From Mizuhopecten yessoensis (taxonomy: Eukaryota): a DNA stretch of 64,000 nt. The notes beneath the pieces were generated by a model. The model searched no databases and was not told the origin of the DNA. It was given only the letters and a program-made list of their open reading frames with translations. The position numbers and the translations under genes were made by a program. Location of the stretch: assembly GCF_002113885.1 (NCBI RefSeq), contig NW_018408363.1:3083-67082 (forward strand), given 5' to 3'. Below are positions 1 through 29,100 of the stretch, one piece after another (position 1 is the first letter of the stretch; every line of letters starts with the position of its first letter).

Positions 1-90
1 CGGTTCTTGAGAAGAAGTTGAAAATGTAAAAAGTTGACGCACGACGCACGACGGACGACGACGGACAGAAAGCGATTAGAATAGGTCACA
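1..90 (+). mobile_element. Truncated non-autonomous Helentron/HINE-like fragment
   Basis: gttcttgagaagaagttgaaaatgtaaaaagtt, followed by a GACG/GACGG microsatellite and an 'ataggtcac' end, resembles bivalve HINE elements as recalled. A GCACCCG-atctac-CGGGTGC hairpin lies at 111-130. Confidence 0.6.
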
Positions 91-334
91 AAACAACAAT
101 ACAGGGCTAAGCACCCGATCTACCGGGTGCAACGTGTCTGTAAGAATTATAATTGCACAATGCGATTTAGAAAATGATCACTAGGCATTTCAACTATTTC
201 AATTTCATTGCAATTATTTTGGAAAGCCTAACCTTGCCTTGTAAAGACTAGACAACCAACGTAAACATGATTTGTAAAGACTCTCAAGAAAATGCTAAAC
301 ATGTTTTTGCACAGGCTTTTGAGACTAGACAACA

Positions 335-586
335 CATACTTGCCAACTCTCCTATTTAGGAGGGAGACTCCCGATTTTGAACCCCTAAATTGAGCATTTT
401 CAACCAGTGAATTTGATAATTCTAGTGTTTTCTAAAATCTGATAACTTCATCTGAAAGACAGTTAAAAAATGTAATTCAAAAATATTGTTTTTTTCCCTA
501 GGGCGTACATAAACATTTTATTCATGCTTCTTTATCTGAGCATGCGTAATCTTCCACGTGGAAATTTTTAAAAAGTTGGCAAATAT
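335..586. mobile_element. MITE with ATACTTGCCAACT terminal inverted repeats; second copy ~11074-11333
   Basis: catacttgccaact...agttggcaaatat. The left end tacttgccaactct..cctatt..aggagggagactcccgatttt recurs at ~11074-11122, with ttggcaagaat near 11322. Confidence 0.6.
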
Positions 587-639
587 ATATGCAACCAATG
601 TATACATGATTTGTAAAGACTCCAGAACTTTCATAGCCT

Positions 640-910
640 TGAAAGACTAGACAACTGAGGTAAACTTGATTTGTAAAGACTCTCATGACAAGACTAAGCA
701 TGCCTTGTACTGATTTGTGAGACTAGACAACCAAGGTAGCCTTGTCTTGTAAAGACTCTCATGACAAGACTAAGCAGGCCTTGTACTGGTTTGTGAGACT
801 AGACAACCAAGGTAACCTTGACTTGTAAAGACTCTCATGACAAGACTAAGCATGCCTTGTACTGACTTGTGAGACTTGACAACCAAGGTAAACTTGACTT
901 GTAAAGACTT
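640..910. repeat. 76-bp tandem repeat (~3.5 copies, degenerate copies to either side)
   Basis: gact(a/t)gacaac recurs at 645, 721, 797, 873; related sequence at 240-330. Confidence 0.85.
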
Positions 911-1110
911 GCAAGACATCTAGGACAATAATAAACATGCGTTGTAAAAAAACCTAGACTACAAACACACATCTTGACTTCTGATACAGAACACAACATG
1001 TCTTATAAAGAATAAGGCAAGAATAATCATGTCTTAAAAAGACTTGTTGTGGACAATTTAAGAGAAACATGATAATTTGGACCACATAACAGGTACTGAT
1101 GGCAACAAGC

Positions 1111-4100
1111 TTAGTTCAATTTGGCCTTTGGTTTCTGTTTGTAGTATATCAACATGCCCACCATGGTTATGTTCATGGAAGCACTGACAGTATTGTTGAT
1201 GAAGACAACAGCGTCCCTGGTCTGTAGACTACTGGTGAGCATCCTCACTGAAACAAAATACAAATGTGTTAATATGTATCTGAATATGTGTCTTAAACTG
1301 ACATCAGGCTCAACAATAACCATAGAGTTTTGTTAAATTACTGATATTTTTAATGTAATGGCAAATCTAAAAACTTTGCCAATTTAAAAAATATGTAAAT
1401 GAGATGTAAAATGAGTTACAACTGTTTCATAAAAATTATGTATTTATGAAACATCAAGGGATAAATGTACATAATTTTTTGTTGGAATAAAAACTCATCT
1501 CATGATATGTATAGAAATATCAAAATAGGTTTAAGACAACAGGTAAATTTTAAACAATGTTAAGTATCACCTTACTTTACTTACTTTAATCATATTATAT
1601 TGCCAATTTATTTTAACAAGGGATTGGTCACAAGTTATTACATCTTACATATGTATCACAGTTGTTCTCTCGTCAAACTTTTAACATGGGCTTTAAACGG
1701 CTTCAAACATTTTATTAAGCTCTCAATTTCATTAAGATTCTGAGTAATGCCCAGATATATAATATCTCACCTAATGCTCCATAGGCAGCAATAGTCCAGC
1801 TGGTTTGACTGATCTGGCCAGGCTCCTTCCTCTGATACAGTGTATTAATCTGTGTTCCCTTACTGAACATTGTCAGACCTGTTACCCCTCTCTGAAACAA
1901 ACATGAGTTATACATGTACCTAAAGTTAGCATCACATTCCTCCAATAATGATACATTAAAGATTTTATATATTCCGATACATTTTTTTCTCTCTAGGCCA
2001 AAAAAAAAACTTGTGTTTCAGCTATCATCCTCAGAAAAAATAGGGTAGGTAGGTAGGCAATTTTATTTTTATTTTAGAAAATAGTTTTTCTATGCTCATA
2101 TAGAGCAGGAGTTCTGACTTCAACAGTGCATAACACTAAATGCCAATAAGAATTATAGGGTAGGCACAATAATCTAAGGAAGTAGGGTTAGCTGAAATAG
2201 AATTTATTTTTCATTTGACCCTATTTGAATTTTATTTTATAAAAGTAGGAAATTTCAGTATGGTACTGATTAGAGCTACAGGTAATAGAATTACAGATGT
2301 ACATGTACATTGTACCTATACTTGTTTTTATTTTTCTCTTCATATGATGTCCATGTCTTGTACACATGTAACATTATGTAATGTCCAGTATCAACATGAC
2401 ATTGACATGACCTTTTAGTTGACTTGGTATTACATCATCCTCGATACTCCAGGGGTAAAGCTCGCTAACGCTCTCTGCGCCCTTGTCATAGCAAAAGCAA
2501 AGACTCAGTGTGCACCACCTTGTGGATGAGATGAGAAGACTAGTTTGATACTTTGATGTAATGTACATCAAAAGAATCTCGCGGTCGCGTAACAGTAAAT
2601 TGGGCTGGCATTGAAGTCGGGTATTGCTTCTCTGTATTCTTCAATGGACATGTATCAGCCTGGCGATTGGTCAGGTCTTTTTTACCCGAGACCAATCAAC
2701 TAGTTAGCCACGTGTCTTCAATTTTGCTATGACATATTCCAGGGATGCAGAGAGCGAAAGTGAGCGTAACTCCTGGAGTGGCGAGGATGGTTTTACATAA
2801 ATGTAGTCTCAAACAATTGCGATATGGCGAAATCTGTTACACTGAGAGTTCATTGGTACCAACTCAATTGGTATTTCCAAATATCTATAAAGCAAATATT
2901 AGACCCTATAATGTTAATGGGGAAATTTCATCATGATCAACTAACTGTAAGGAAAACTTCTACCTGCTACAATATTGTAACTCAAGAAAGCACACAAATT
3001 TTCATGAAAAAGAAAATAAAAAACTTCACTGAATTGGAACTTACCATGGCTGTATTTAATATCAACTCTGGAAGAACTCCATTGACAAGACATAGAAAGA
3101 ACACAAAATATCTGTTTTTGTCAAGGTCCATAATTAGAACATCATCAGAGAATATGGAAACCCAGACCGATAAATGAGGTCACAGATAATAATACTTATT
3201 TCAGATGTTTATACCGATTGCGACTAAAGAGAAAGTTAAATAAGCACTACTAATATAAACTGATGTTAAAAAGGAAAGTCTTGACAAGAGCATCTCATTT
3301 TGAGGAGGAGGAGAAAGAATATGAAGACAGTCATAATTGTTTTGCCTAGAAAAATGGCATCCTCTTCGTTTTCTTTGTTAGGTTTTAATTCGTTTTATTC
3401 CTGTAGCAATATAATAAGAAATGGAAGGAATTTGTTCATGTAAATTAATAGTTTTAAAACAACAGGAGGAAATATACAACACTTCGTGAAAAATTTGGTT
3501 GATACAGCTAACAGAAATAACAACCTGCTATCATAAATTCCAATGAAACCCCTGATTAAGGTAAGGATACATGATGAAGTAGAACAGTGTTTGGATGCTC
3601 AACTTCCGGTTGTAATGGAGCATCAGGCTGATCAGAATCAAATCTGAAAAACACATTTTTTTTTGATGATATTGAATTTTAATACTATACAATCCTCTAA
3701 AATGATAAATTCTGATAAGAAACTCATTAAATAGAAAACAACAAAATAGAACAAAGTTACAAAGACTTCATTAATATATTGTGACAAATGTTTGGTATTG
3801 ATTGCTAATACCATACTTATCTATAGAACACATATTAATATAAATACATTGTATTAACACATACGAAAATTATCAAAATAAGAATTATGTTTATATGCAT
3901 GTATATGTATGTTTTCACAAATATATGTTGCATGCTAAAATGTATCAGTTTATCAGTAAACAATATATAATGATTATCTAAGCACTGCGATAAAATGCTA
4001 TAAAATATTGAAACATTTGCTTTTTACAGAATATGAGATTACATAAGGATCCTGGTGCTCACCACTGAAAAAGCATGGCTTGTTTAAAGGTACATAGCTT

Positions 4101-7100
4101 CTTTACTTAATTCTTCTCTTGAAAAAGCACATGTACAAAAGGATCAGCATGATCTCTGAGGGCATTAACATGTATCTACATACATATATATGGACCAGCG
4201 AATTGTGCATACCAAGTAACATTATAAACCCGTCCCTAAATTCTGAGATGCAGCTTTAAAAATATGTTTACAGACAGGCTGTCTGTTTCACAGAAAGACA
4301 CCGGACCAGGGACAAAGAGTTAGTTAGTTTTTTGCATTAAGTTGAATTATATATATATTTGGGCATACAATTAGTGAGCAATAAATGTAATTATGAATCA
4401 AGCAGAAATATTTAATGTGTACATGTACCTTGAAATACCAGGAAGGTATACTCAAAATATGTTGGCAGTGGGTAGCCTTTGGTAAAATTGTAGGAGAGGA
4501 TCACAGAATATCTGAAAAATATAAAAGAGGTATAGATACATATACATATAAAGCACTTTTTGAAGATGGGTTTTCATGAAATTTCTTGAACCGTTTTACT
4601 AAAGACATATAACGTGTTATGATCATCTTTCATTTTGGGTCAATGCAAGTTATAAATATTGTTGTAAAAGTGTATATTTGGAGGACTTAATATTGTGCTG
4701 TACCTGTTTCTGTGCTGTACCTGTTTCTGTGCTATACCTGTTTCTGTGCTGTACCCGTTTCTGTGCTATACCCATTTCTGTGCTGTACATGTTTCTGTGC
4801 TATACCTGTTTCTGTGCTGTACCCGTTTCTGTGCTATACCCGTTTCTGTGCTGTACCCGTTTCTGTGCTATACCTGTTTCTGTGCTGTACCTGTTTCTGT
4901 GCTGTACCCATTTCTGTGCTTTACCCGTTTCTGTGCTGTACCAGTTTCTGTGTTGTACTCATTTCTGTGCTGTTCCTGTTTCTGTGCTTTACCCGTTTTA
5001 GTGCTTTACCCGTTTTAGTGCTTTACCCGTTTTAGTGCTATACCTGTTTCTGTGCTGTACTCGTTTCTGTGCTGTACCAGTTTCTGTGCTGTACTCGTTT
5101 CTGTGATGTACCTGTTTCTGTGTTTTACCCGTTTCTGTGCTGTACCAGATTCTGTGCTGTACTCGTTTCTGTGCTGTACCTATTTCTGTGCTTTACCTGT
5201 TTCTGTGCTTTACCCGTTTCTGTGCTATACCCATTTCGGTGCTGTACCCGTTTCTGTGCTATACCCGTTTCTGTGCTGTACCTGTTTCTGTGCTGTACCT
5301 GTTTCTGTGCTGTACCAGTTTCTGTGCTTTACCTGTTTCTGTGCTGTACCAGTTTCTGTGCTATACCTGTTTCTGTGCTGTACCTGTTTCTGTGCTGTAC
5401 CCATTTCTGTGCTTTACCCGTTTCAGTGCTATACACGTTTCTGTGCTTTACCCGTTTCTGTGCTGTACCCGTTTCTGCCTGTACCAGTTTCTGTGCTGTA
5501 CCCGTTTCTGTGCTATACCCGTTTCTCTTCTATACCTGTTTCTGTGCTGTACCCGTTTCTGTGCTATACCCGTTTTAGTGCTATACCCGTTTCTGTGCTG
5601 TACTCGTTTCCGTGCTGTACCAGTTTCTTTGCTATACCTGTTTCTGTGCTGTACCTATTTCTGTGTTACCTGTTTCACCTGTTTCTGTGCTGTACCCGTT
5701 TCTGTGCTGTACCTGTTTCCGGTCTGTACCTGTTTCTGTGCTATACCTTTTTCTGTGCTTTACCTGTTTCTGTGCTGTACCCGTTTCTGTGCTATACCCA
5801 TTTCTCTGCTGTACCCGTTTCTCTGCTGTACCAGTTTCTTTGCTTTACCTGTTTCTGAGCTGTACCCGTTTCTGGTGTGTACCTATTTCTGTGCTATACC
5901 TGTTTCTGTGCTGTACCAGTATTTGTGCTGTACTCGTTTCAGTGCTGTACCAGTTTCTTTGCTATTCCTGTTTCTGTGCTGTACCCGTTTCTGTGTTACC
6001 TGTTTCTGTGTTACCTGTTTCTGTGCTATATCTATTTCTGTGCTATACCCATTTCTGTGCTGTACCTGTTTCTTGTCTGTACCTGTTTCTGTGCTGTACC
6101 CGTTTCTGTGCTGTACCTGTTTCTGGTCTGTACCTGTTTCTGTGCTATATCTATTTCTGTGCTATACCTGTTTCTTTGCTATACCTATTTCTGTGCTATA
6201 CCTATTTTTGTGCTATACCTGTTTCTGTGCTGTTCCCGTTTCTGTGCTGTACCCATTTCCTTACCTATGCACATTGCTACGGCAGTGTGCATACTGCAAG
6301 TTTGTTAATATCTTTGTTGTTTTGGGAAGCGAAAGTAAACATTTGGTTTATGTCTCCAAAGACGTTGAAAAATGAGGCAAAAGCATGTAAATATGTGTAG
6401 AAAAGTGTGTTTTGCTATTATATTTTTACTAGCCAAGAATACAACAAAAACCATCCACAATAGTGTACATGTACTTTTAAGATATAATTTATATATGCCA
6501 CAACTCATCCTCATCTGTTTAACAAAACTGTCATGTGGTCTGGTTTGTCTGGTTATTCTACAGGTATCTTCAAAAAGAGTATGGTGTCCTTATATGTACT
6601 ATTTGCGGTGAATTTCCATCTTCATTATCAGTAAATGAAAGTATATCCTCAGCAAACATTTTGTTGTTAAAAAATGTAGCAGATCCATACAAAACAACAT
6701 ACTTATTTTTGACTAATTTAATATATTTCCATTTTTTTTTTTACTGTAGCAGTATAACCGTTCATACAATGTGTACTGTAAATATATGTAGATGGGCACA
6801 GAAACTATAGGCACAAAATGGTGTTACATTGAATGAAGACTGCCAAGGAAAAAATTAAAGATAAAAAAACCATTGATGAAATAAAACATGAAGCACATAA
6901 CTGTTTATTTTGCTCAGATTTGTATATAGGTACGTTTGCAATTTTATCTTAATTAAAGGCTCAGAAACTGAACACCCGATGCTAATAAAATAGCCTCAGA
7001 AACTGAACACCTGATGCTAATAAAATAGCCTCAGAAACTGATCACCCGATGCTAATAAAATAGCCTCAGAAACTGATCACCCGATGCTAATAAAATAGCC

Positions 7101-8317
7101 GATCAATCAATGTAATAGAACAATAAACCATGCTGCTTACATGCATTACTTTCCAACAAATTATGATCTCCTCAAGTATTAATACATACAACTTACAATT
7201 AAGCTAGTGAGCTACCTGCTCACCAGAGACCAGTGTGCTTCCACTAGGGATGGAACCAGTGATACCCAGTTTCCGAGTCCGCCACTCTACAGATCAAGCT
7301 AAATGAAAATTCCCTCTAGCATGAAGCTAGAAGGCAAATCTCCTCTCTCACAAATTCTAAGCGTACATGTTGTTTTTATCATATAGTTCTAAAAAATATA
7401 AAATAAAAATACTTGTTTTAAACCGATCTCTCTGATGCCTCTAAATAGTGTTCAGTATATTGAACGTTTTAGAGTATCCTGTTGAAGTTGAAGTGAAGGT
7501 TACCATAATCCTATCTACAATTAAAATCATGCAAGTCTTACTTCCCCCTTTTAAGTGTGATAACCCTTATACCCATCTGTAACAGGCAAAATCATAGAAG
7601 TGTGCTTCCATCAGGGATCGAACCTGCGACCCCCAGCTTCCAAGTCTGCCCCTCTACCCTTCACACTGAAGGGAAATTCTCTCTAGCGTGAAGCTATTAG
7701 GCTATCGTAATCCTACATGTTAAATGTACAATTAAAATCTGACACAATATAATTACAACCAAGATTTTGGTATTCCCCTTACCAATGCATAAACACACAT
7801 CTAAAACCAGTGTTGGTCACAGAAGTAACTGTAACAGATGATGGAAAATGCAATTGGGCCAGACTGGGAATCAAACCTTGGACCCCAAAATACAATTATA
7901 TAATGACAATGAAGTGAAAAAGCATGCCGGTTACTGGTTATAAATCTAAATTTAGTAAATAACAACTTAAAAACCATAAGATGACAACGTGAATGACTAT
8001 TAATTTAAGCTCCACATGTATGTTAATACCATCATTATAAGAAAACTCGAAGTTTAGATCCTTCGTGTCAACAATGAAAGTGAAAGTAGCGTGTTGATGA
8101 ACACGTGTCATGTGATCAATATTGGACTCCATTGTGTATTTTCTGGTGCTACTTACGCACATTCTTCCACAAGAACGCTCACCAAACTAAGACTTTGCGT
8201 GCTCTTTGATTTTAAGATTGCTAACATCTGAGGTAGTTTTAACATGAGACATGTTACAACACACGTAAGGCTTAAAAAATTACAGAGGGCGTCGACAGCA
8301 GACGAAATTTCCGCCAT
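1111..8317 (-). CDS. SLC66A3: PQ-loop repeat membrane protein (SLC66A3/PQLC3-like), 6 exons, ~213 aa
   Basis: Minus-strand exons 8317-8157, 4511-4429, 3643-3571, 3111-3045, 1891-1771, 1247-1111 join in frame (642 nt) with GT-AG ends. Translation: MAEISSAVDALCNFLSLTCVVTCLMLKLPQMLAILKSKSTQSLSLVSVLVEECA/YSVILSYNFTKGYPLPTYFEYTFLVFQ/DLILISLMLHYN.../...SKGTQINTLYQRKEPGQISQTSWTIAAYG/VRMLTSSLQTRD...YYKQKPKAKLN*. This matches PQLC3 motifs as recalled (LKLPQ, GYP..TY.EY..L..QD). Confidence 0.9.
2436..2789. mobile_element. MITE with ~43-bp imperfect TIRs; second copy ~11423-11708
   Basis: catcctcgatactccaggggtaaagctcgctaacgctctctgc ... gcagagagcgaaagtgagcgtaactcctggagtggcgaggatg. The internal sequence (acccgagaccaatcaa, attttgctatgacata) is shared with 11423-11708. 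Confidence 0.8.
3112..3570 (-). other. U12-type (minor spliceosome) GT-AG intron 3 of SLC66A3
   Basis: The 5' splice site reads GTATCCTTAC (3570-3561). A branch-point ACCTTGAC (3127-3120) lies 8 nt before the intron end, with no polypyrimidine tract. The flanking exons stay in frame. Confidence 0.88.
4694..6259. repeat. 17-bp satellite (TGTGCTGTACCTGTTTC)n, ~90 copies, in SLC66A3 intron 1
   Basis: Direct periodicity; accounts for the 'CCTRFCAVPVSVLY' ORFs seen in all three frames. Confidence 0.97.
6959..7100. repeat. ~36-bp minisatellite, 4 copies
   Basis: ctcagaaactga(a/t)cacccgatgctaataaaatagc repeated in tandem. Confidence 0.9.
7578..7746 (-). mobile_element. Short TG...CA-bounded unit containing tRNA-like sequence (solo-LTR/TRIM-like); relatives at 8871-9046, 7230-7350, 7830-7890
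   Basis: Ends TGTAACAG...CTGACACA. The reverse complement contains a B-box-like GGTTCGATCCC and decayed A-box-like sequence. The copy at 8871-9046 ends TGTAACAG...CTGTCACA. Confidence 0.5.
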
Positions 8318-8542
8318 GTTGGGAGCTTTATCAAGTGCGGAACATTAATATTTTCAACATGACATAAGATAAATTATTATTCACATCATAATTGATTTAA
8401 GTATTTTTCTTTATTATTGTTCATTAAAAAGCGTAGGGTGGTACATTGTAATAAAAATACCACAGCAATTTATGTTTCATCTGTTGACTTGGTTTTCTTT
8501 ACCGCGGACCTGTTTCTGTTTACATCGAGCTTCCGTCGCAGC
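8318..8542. promoter_or_regulatory. Candidate bidirectional promoter between SLC66A3 and RSPH10B
   Basis: Divergent ATGs at 8317 (-) and 8543 (+), 225 bp apart. A YY1-like CCGCCATGTT overlaps the SLC66A3 start (8311-8320). A forkhead-type TGTTTAC lies at 8517-8523. Confidence 0.65.
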
Positions 8543-24718
<16,176 letters not shown>

Positions 24719-25654
24719 GTTGAATTTTTTTAACTGTCAAAAAGACTGAAGTTGGACTTATTTTTACAATTATTACCTGTGTTTGTAGAACTTTGTCTGT
24801 GATAAAAAAATAACTTGTTTCCGTCCTAGCTTACGGCACTATAATTAAAGTATTTTATTAATATGATTCAATTGTACAAACAATAAAGCATTACCTCTCA
24901 TACGAGGTAATTTCCTATCTCAAACTGAGAAAACGTCATTCATAGTATTCATTTTTAAGAATGTTAGTGTAGCAAAAAAGACTTAAATGCGTTTTTCTTT
25001 GTTGCTTCATATTCATATACACTTAAGTGAAAAAGAACAACATCATGTCGATATATATATAAATAAACAATTTTATTTTGGAAACGTAAACATTGGGCAA
25101 TTAGCATCCTTTTAAATACATGTATTTAAAACCTCTACTGATATAATTACTCCTTATATGCAATAATATGCATAATAAATAAAGTGGATCATTTACAAAA
25201 TATTACACCAGGTTATAAAATAGACAATATATATGTACATCTTTTTTTTTCTGATAATGAACTAATTTCAATATAAATTCTAGTGCAATAATGAAAATTT
25301 CCCTTGTCCAAGATACCCACCAGGTTAACAAAGTATGTGGAGAAAACACAGAATGTGGAAAGACAAACAGCCCAATCCATTAGTGTGCGGGGAATACATA
25401 TATATATATATATATATCCAGAAAACAACACGAATATCAAGATATTCCGTAAACTTGACTCATGATAAAGACGATTTGTGTTAATTGGTTAGCTTGTGGT
25501 AGTATCGTCTACCGGCAGAACGTCGATTAATCAGCGAAATCCGATTACACAGTTTGAAGATGTCTTCATTCATTCATTGATTGTTATGATTTTAACATGC
25601 TTGTTCTGTACAACTACAAGTTACAAGTGAAGACCTATTGAAATATTGAAAGAC

Positions 25655-25845
25655 AAACAGTATTTAAGGCCTAGACACTCGTTCTCTCCCAACTCCATCA
25701 TCGACTGGAATTGCCTCGAAAATTGCAAATCGAAAAAAACACCAAAGACATCACTCCTTAATTTGAACAAGTGTATCTTCCATCAGTCGTACGCGTACGT
25801 ATGCCGATATACTGAGCCTCCTTCATTGAACTGCAAGTGAAGTGT
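25655..25845 (+). mobile_element. 3' end fragment of a CR1/L2-type LINE
   Basis: Translates to RHSFSPNSIIDWNCL, matching the typical ORF2 C-terminal SFFP.TI..WN.LP motif. Confidence 0.55.
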
Positions 25846-26119
25846 GCCCTCTAATTGTATATACGTTTGCTTAAAGCTAAACGTTCTTCATCGGAACTAC
25901 AAGTGTAGTGTGACCTACGTATACAGTCGTGCACAGGCGCAAAGACTGGGGCTCCATAATTGGAAGTAGCATATGCATGTCTTCATATGGTACGCTGTCT
26001 TTTTTACCATATTATGAGATTACAATATATTTGCAAAGAAACGTTACGGCGTCCTTGTAGGAGCACGGAACTATAGATCACAAAATCTTTACAGACACAG
26101 GTGGATTGGCATCGCAATG

Positions 26120-29100
26120 CTATCGTACACTGTCGATTTCAGCATAATGGTTTCCTTCGTTGACATCCAAGTTCATGTAAATCTGCAACAGAGATAAATA
26201 GCTATTACCAAATGCATGGTATGTCTGTTGAATATCCAATGAATATAAGAAATCAACAAGGAATGATGATAAATATGCTGAATCATAATATTATCATATT
26301 TATTGGGGATAAAAATGCTCCTTAATAACAAGAAATGCAAAAAAAAATGAAACTTTTTAGGAATTTAGGGGTTTTTTTTCAAAATATTTTAAACGTTTCG
26401 GTTCAAGACACATAAGCCAATCAGACGTTGAACAACATGCCCTCGTAATTTATCACACTGCATTTATGTGTATTCAACAACATGACCCCGTAATTTATCA
26501 CACTGCATTTATGTGTATTCAACAACATGGCCCCGTAAATTTATCACAACGCGCTTATGTGTATTCTCGTTAACAGATATAGTAATCACCTGACTGTCCT
26601 CCACCATGCGTTGTAATCTCAAACATAACTCCGAAAATTGCGGTCGGCTCATTGGTCGTTCATTCCAACACTGCAGCATCATTGCGTACCTGTAATAATG
26701 ACAAGTTACGAATCACACGTAAGCAAGTTACATCAATCAAGACAAAGTTTCACGGTGTAAAAATATAATAGAAAATATACACCTGAGCGTAAGTAAATAT
26801 GGATAAAATGGGACACAATGTCGAAAAGTAAATATATTGATAGGAACCGAGGAGACACGGAAGGCTGGAAGTGTCCTGGAAAAGTAAAGGTACCGTGGAG
26901 AAGAGGAGACTATAAAACGAAAAACTTGATATTTTGGAATTTGCAAGTTTTGTGAATCACATGGTGTAAAGTTTCGTTTAACTACAAAGTGTTCCTGTAT
27001 ACCACTAAAAGAAGTACTTTGTATTTATTCTATCGCTTGCTACGTTGTAAAGGTAGTTTATATGTTAACGAAAACTCACATGGCTGGTTCGCACTTCTTT
27101 GGTCGCCGGAGTCGGAAGCCCTGCTTGAGGAGGTTACACATCTGCTGTGTCTCCAGACCGTGATAGGGGGTACCGCCCAGGGAAAATATCTCCCACAGCA
27201 GTATACCGAACGACCACCTGATAACAATAGACGTAACCATTGTGAAATTATTTGAGTGATGTGGTAAATTATTCAGGGAATTTAAACACGTTATTTTTTT
27301 TTTTTGATTGAAAATGCATTCAGATGTTAGTTCATTATTTTAAAGCTTTCTTCATTGGTATTTGGCTTAAACTAATGGTCCAGCGCTTAACGCCTTTTAC
27401 AAGAAAGGTTATTGATGTTAATTTGTAACCTTATGGCTCTAAATAAGCATTAAATTTACTGCTTGTGCAAAAAAAAAGTAGTGATGGATTCTTAGGTAAC
27501 GTGGGTAAAATTATATTTCGTTGGAAGAGGTTCACGTTAGTGCTTTTAATATTGCTAATTACTGTTGAATGGTATACATATTGTTACTTACACGTCACTC
27601 TGTGTGGTATACGTAGCATTGAAGAGAGATTCCGGCGCTAGCCATCTTACTGGTACTCTTGTCTGTAGAGAAAACGTACATTGAACAATGACAAACATCC
27701 ACAAAGATTCCAAGATAACGATTGAAGTTACATCGAAGAAAAGATCTTTTAAACTGCATGAATTTCATGTGTACAACGAAAGGATCCACAATTATGGTGT
27801 TCTTTTGCAGAAGTTTCATTAAATATATTTCGTTTAATATTTACATATGGCCGAAAGGAAACAGACGCACAATGCTAAATTAAATGAATCTAGCTGAAGT
27901 AAATAATAAACAACAACATACATTTGATGTTTTGATGTAGGTATCGTCGTGCTTAGACAGGCCAAAGTCTGCCACCTTGGCGATGAGGTTGTCGTCTAGG
28001 AGAACATTTCTGGCTGCTACGTCGCGATGGATTATCTAAAAGGGGAACACAGGAAATATGGCGATTAGATAGGATATAACAAAGTTAACTAGCGATTTTT
28101 TTTTTCGTTGCAAGATGATTGACTCAATTGAGTCCACGCCATTTGCTGTAGCATTCTAGTTGGAATTCATTATGGCACGGTTTACATGAAATACTAGTAT
28201 AAAACAAATTACCTGTTGGAGCCAAAACATGTAAATTAGTAGCTTTTTTATGATCTCTTTTGATTTCGATTTTCATTCTTTTAACCCTCAGTACCATTAA
28301 TGAGTAATGATGCAGTAAATGTTTTTGTGTTTTTTTGGCTTTCTACATTGACTTCCTTTTAGTTCCTATTATTTATCAATTTTATTCATTCATTTATTTT
28401 ATTTTCTCATATTAGCCGAAATGATAAGCACCTATAAAAGAAAAATTCTCATCAACGAGTCTTCAGTACTTTCATCTCTTCTAGGAGATTCTCCAGACTG
28501 TTTATTTGAAGTATATGTTATAACGTCACATAATAGTTCGCTATAGCGACGTTCGCCATATACGTAGCCGCCATATATATATATATCGTACGGTGAGATA
28601 TAGCCACGGGCTTGACTTAGCTGGATATGAAAGGTTAGGGATGCGTTTCAAAAAAAAAAAAAAAAAATAAGTTTAAGATTTTATAGACCACTTGTACAAT
28701 TGTTTGCAAGAAACAAGATATTGCGGTTTCAGTGTAATGCTATGGTCCATAAGTCAATAAGACATTATCTGACATATGTGTAAAAGCACATGTTCACTAC
28801 GTTAGAATGCTTTCGACTTACCTGTTTCTCTACCAGGTGGTTAAGACCTGATGCCACGTCCAATGCAAATTTGAGGAGGACAGAATTTTGCACGGGCGTG
28901 ATGGAACTTGTATTGTCGTATATATGAAATTTACCCTTCCGGATTTTTCTAAGATAGCTTCTTAAATCCCCATTCTTTGCATATTCCATGGCAACGTACA
29001 TTGTTCCTGCAAAGATTAAAATCTCTAGTACAGCATATGAATTATTAGGCTGCATATAAATAAATCTGCAAACCATAGAATGAACACACGTGACCATCGA

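Noticed and set aside
2015-2034. Hammerhead-like CTGAGGA...GAAAC on the minus strand (also CTGATGA near 16552)
   Set aside because: Stem II cannot pair and no flanking stems are evident; both lie in repeat-like sequence.
4105-4157. Alternative SLC66A3 exon candidate (EIMLILLYMCFF)
   Set aside because: Weak acceptor, lies in decayed repeat-like sequence, and exon 3643-3571 fits the family better.
4678-6400. Cys-rich ORFs in all three plus frames
   Set aside because: Translation of a 17-bp satellite lacking stop codons; it lies inside an intron.
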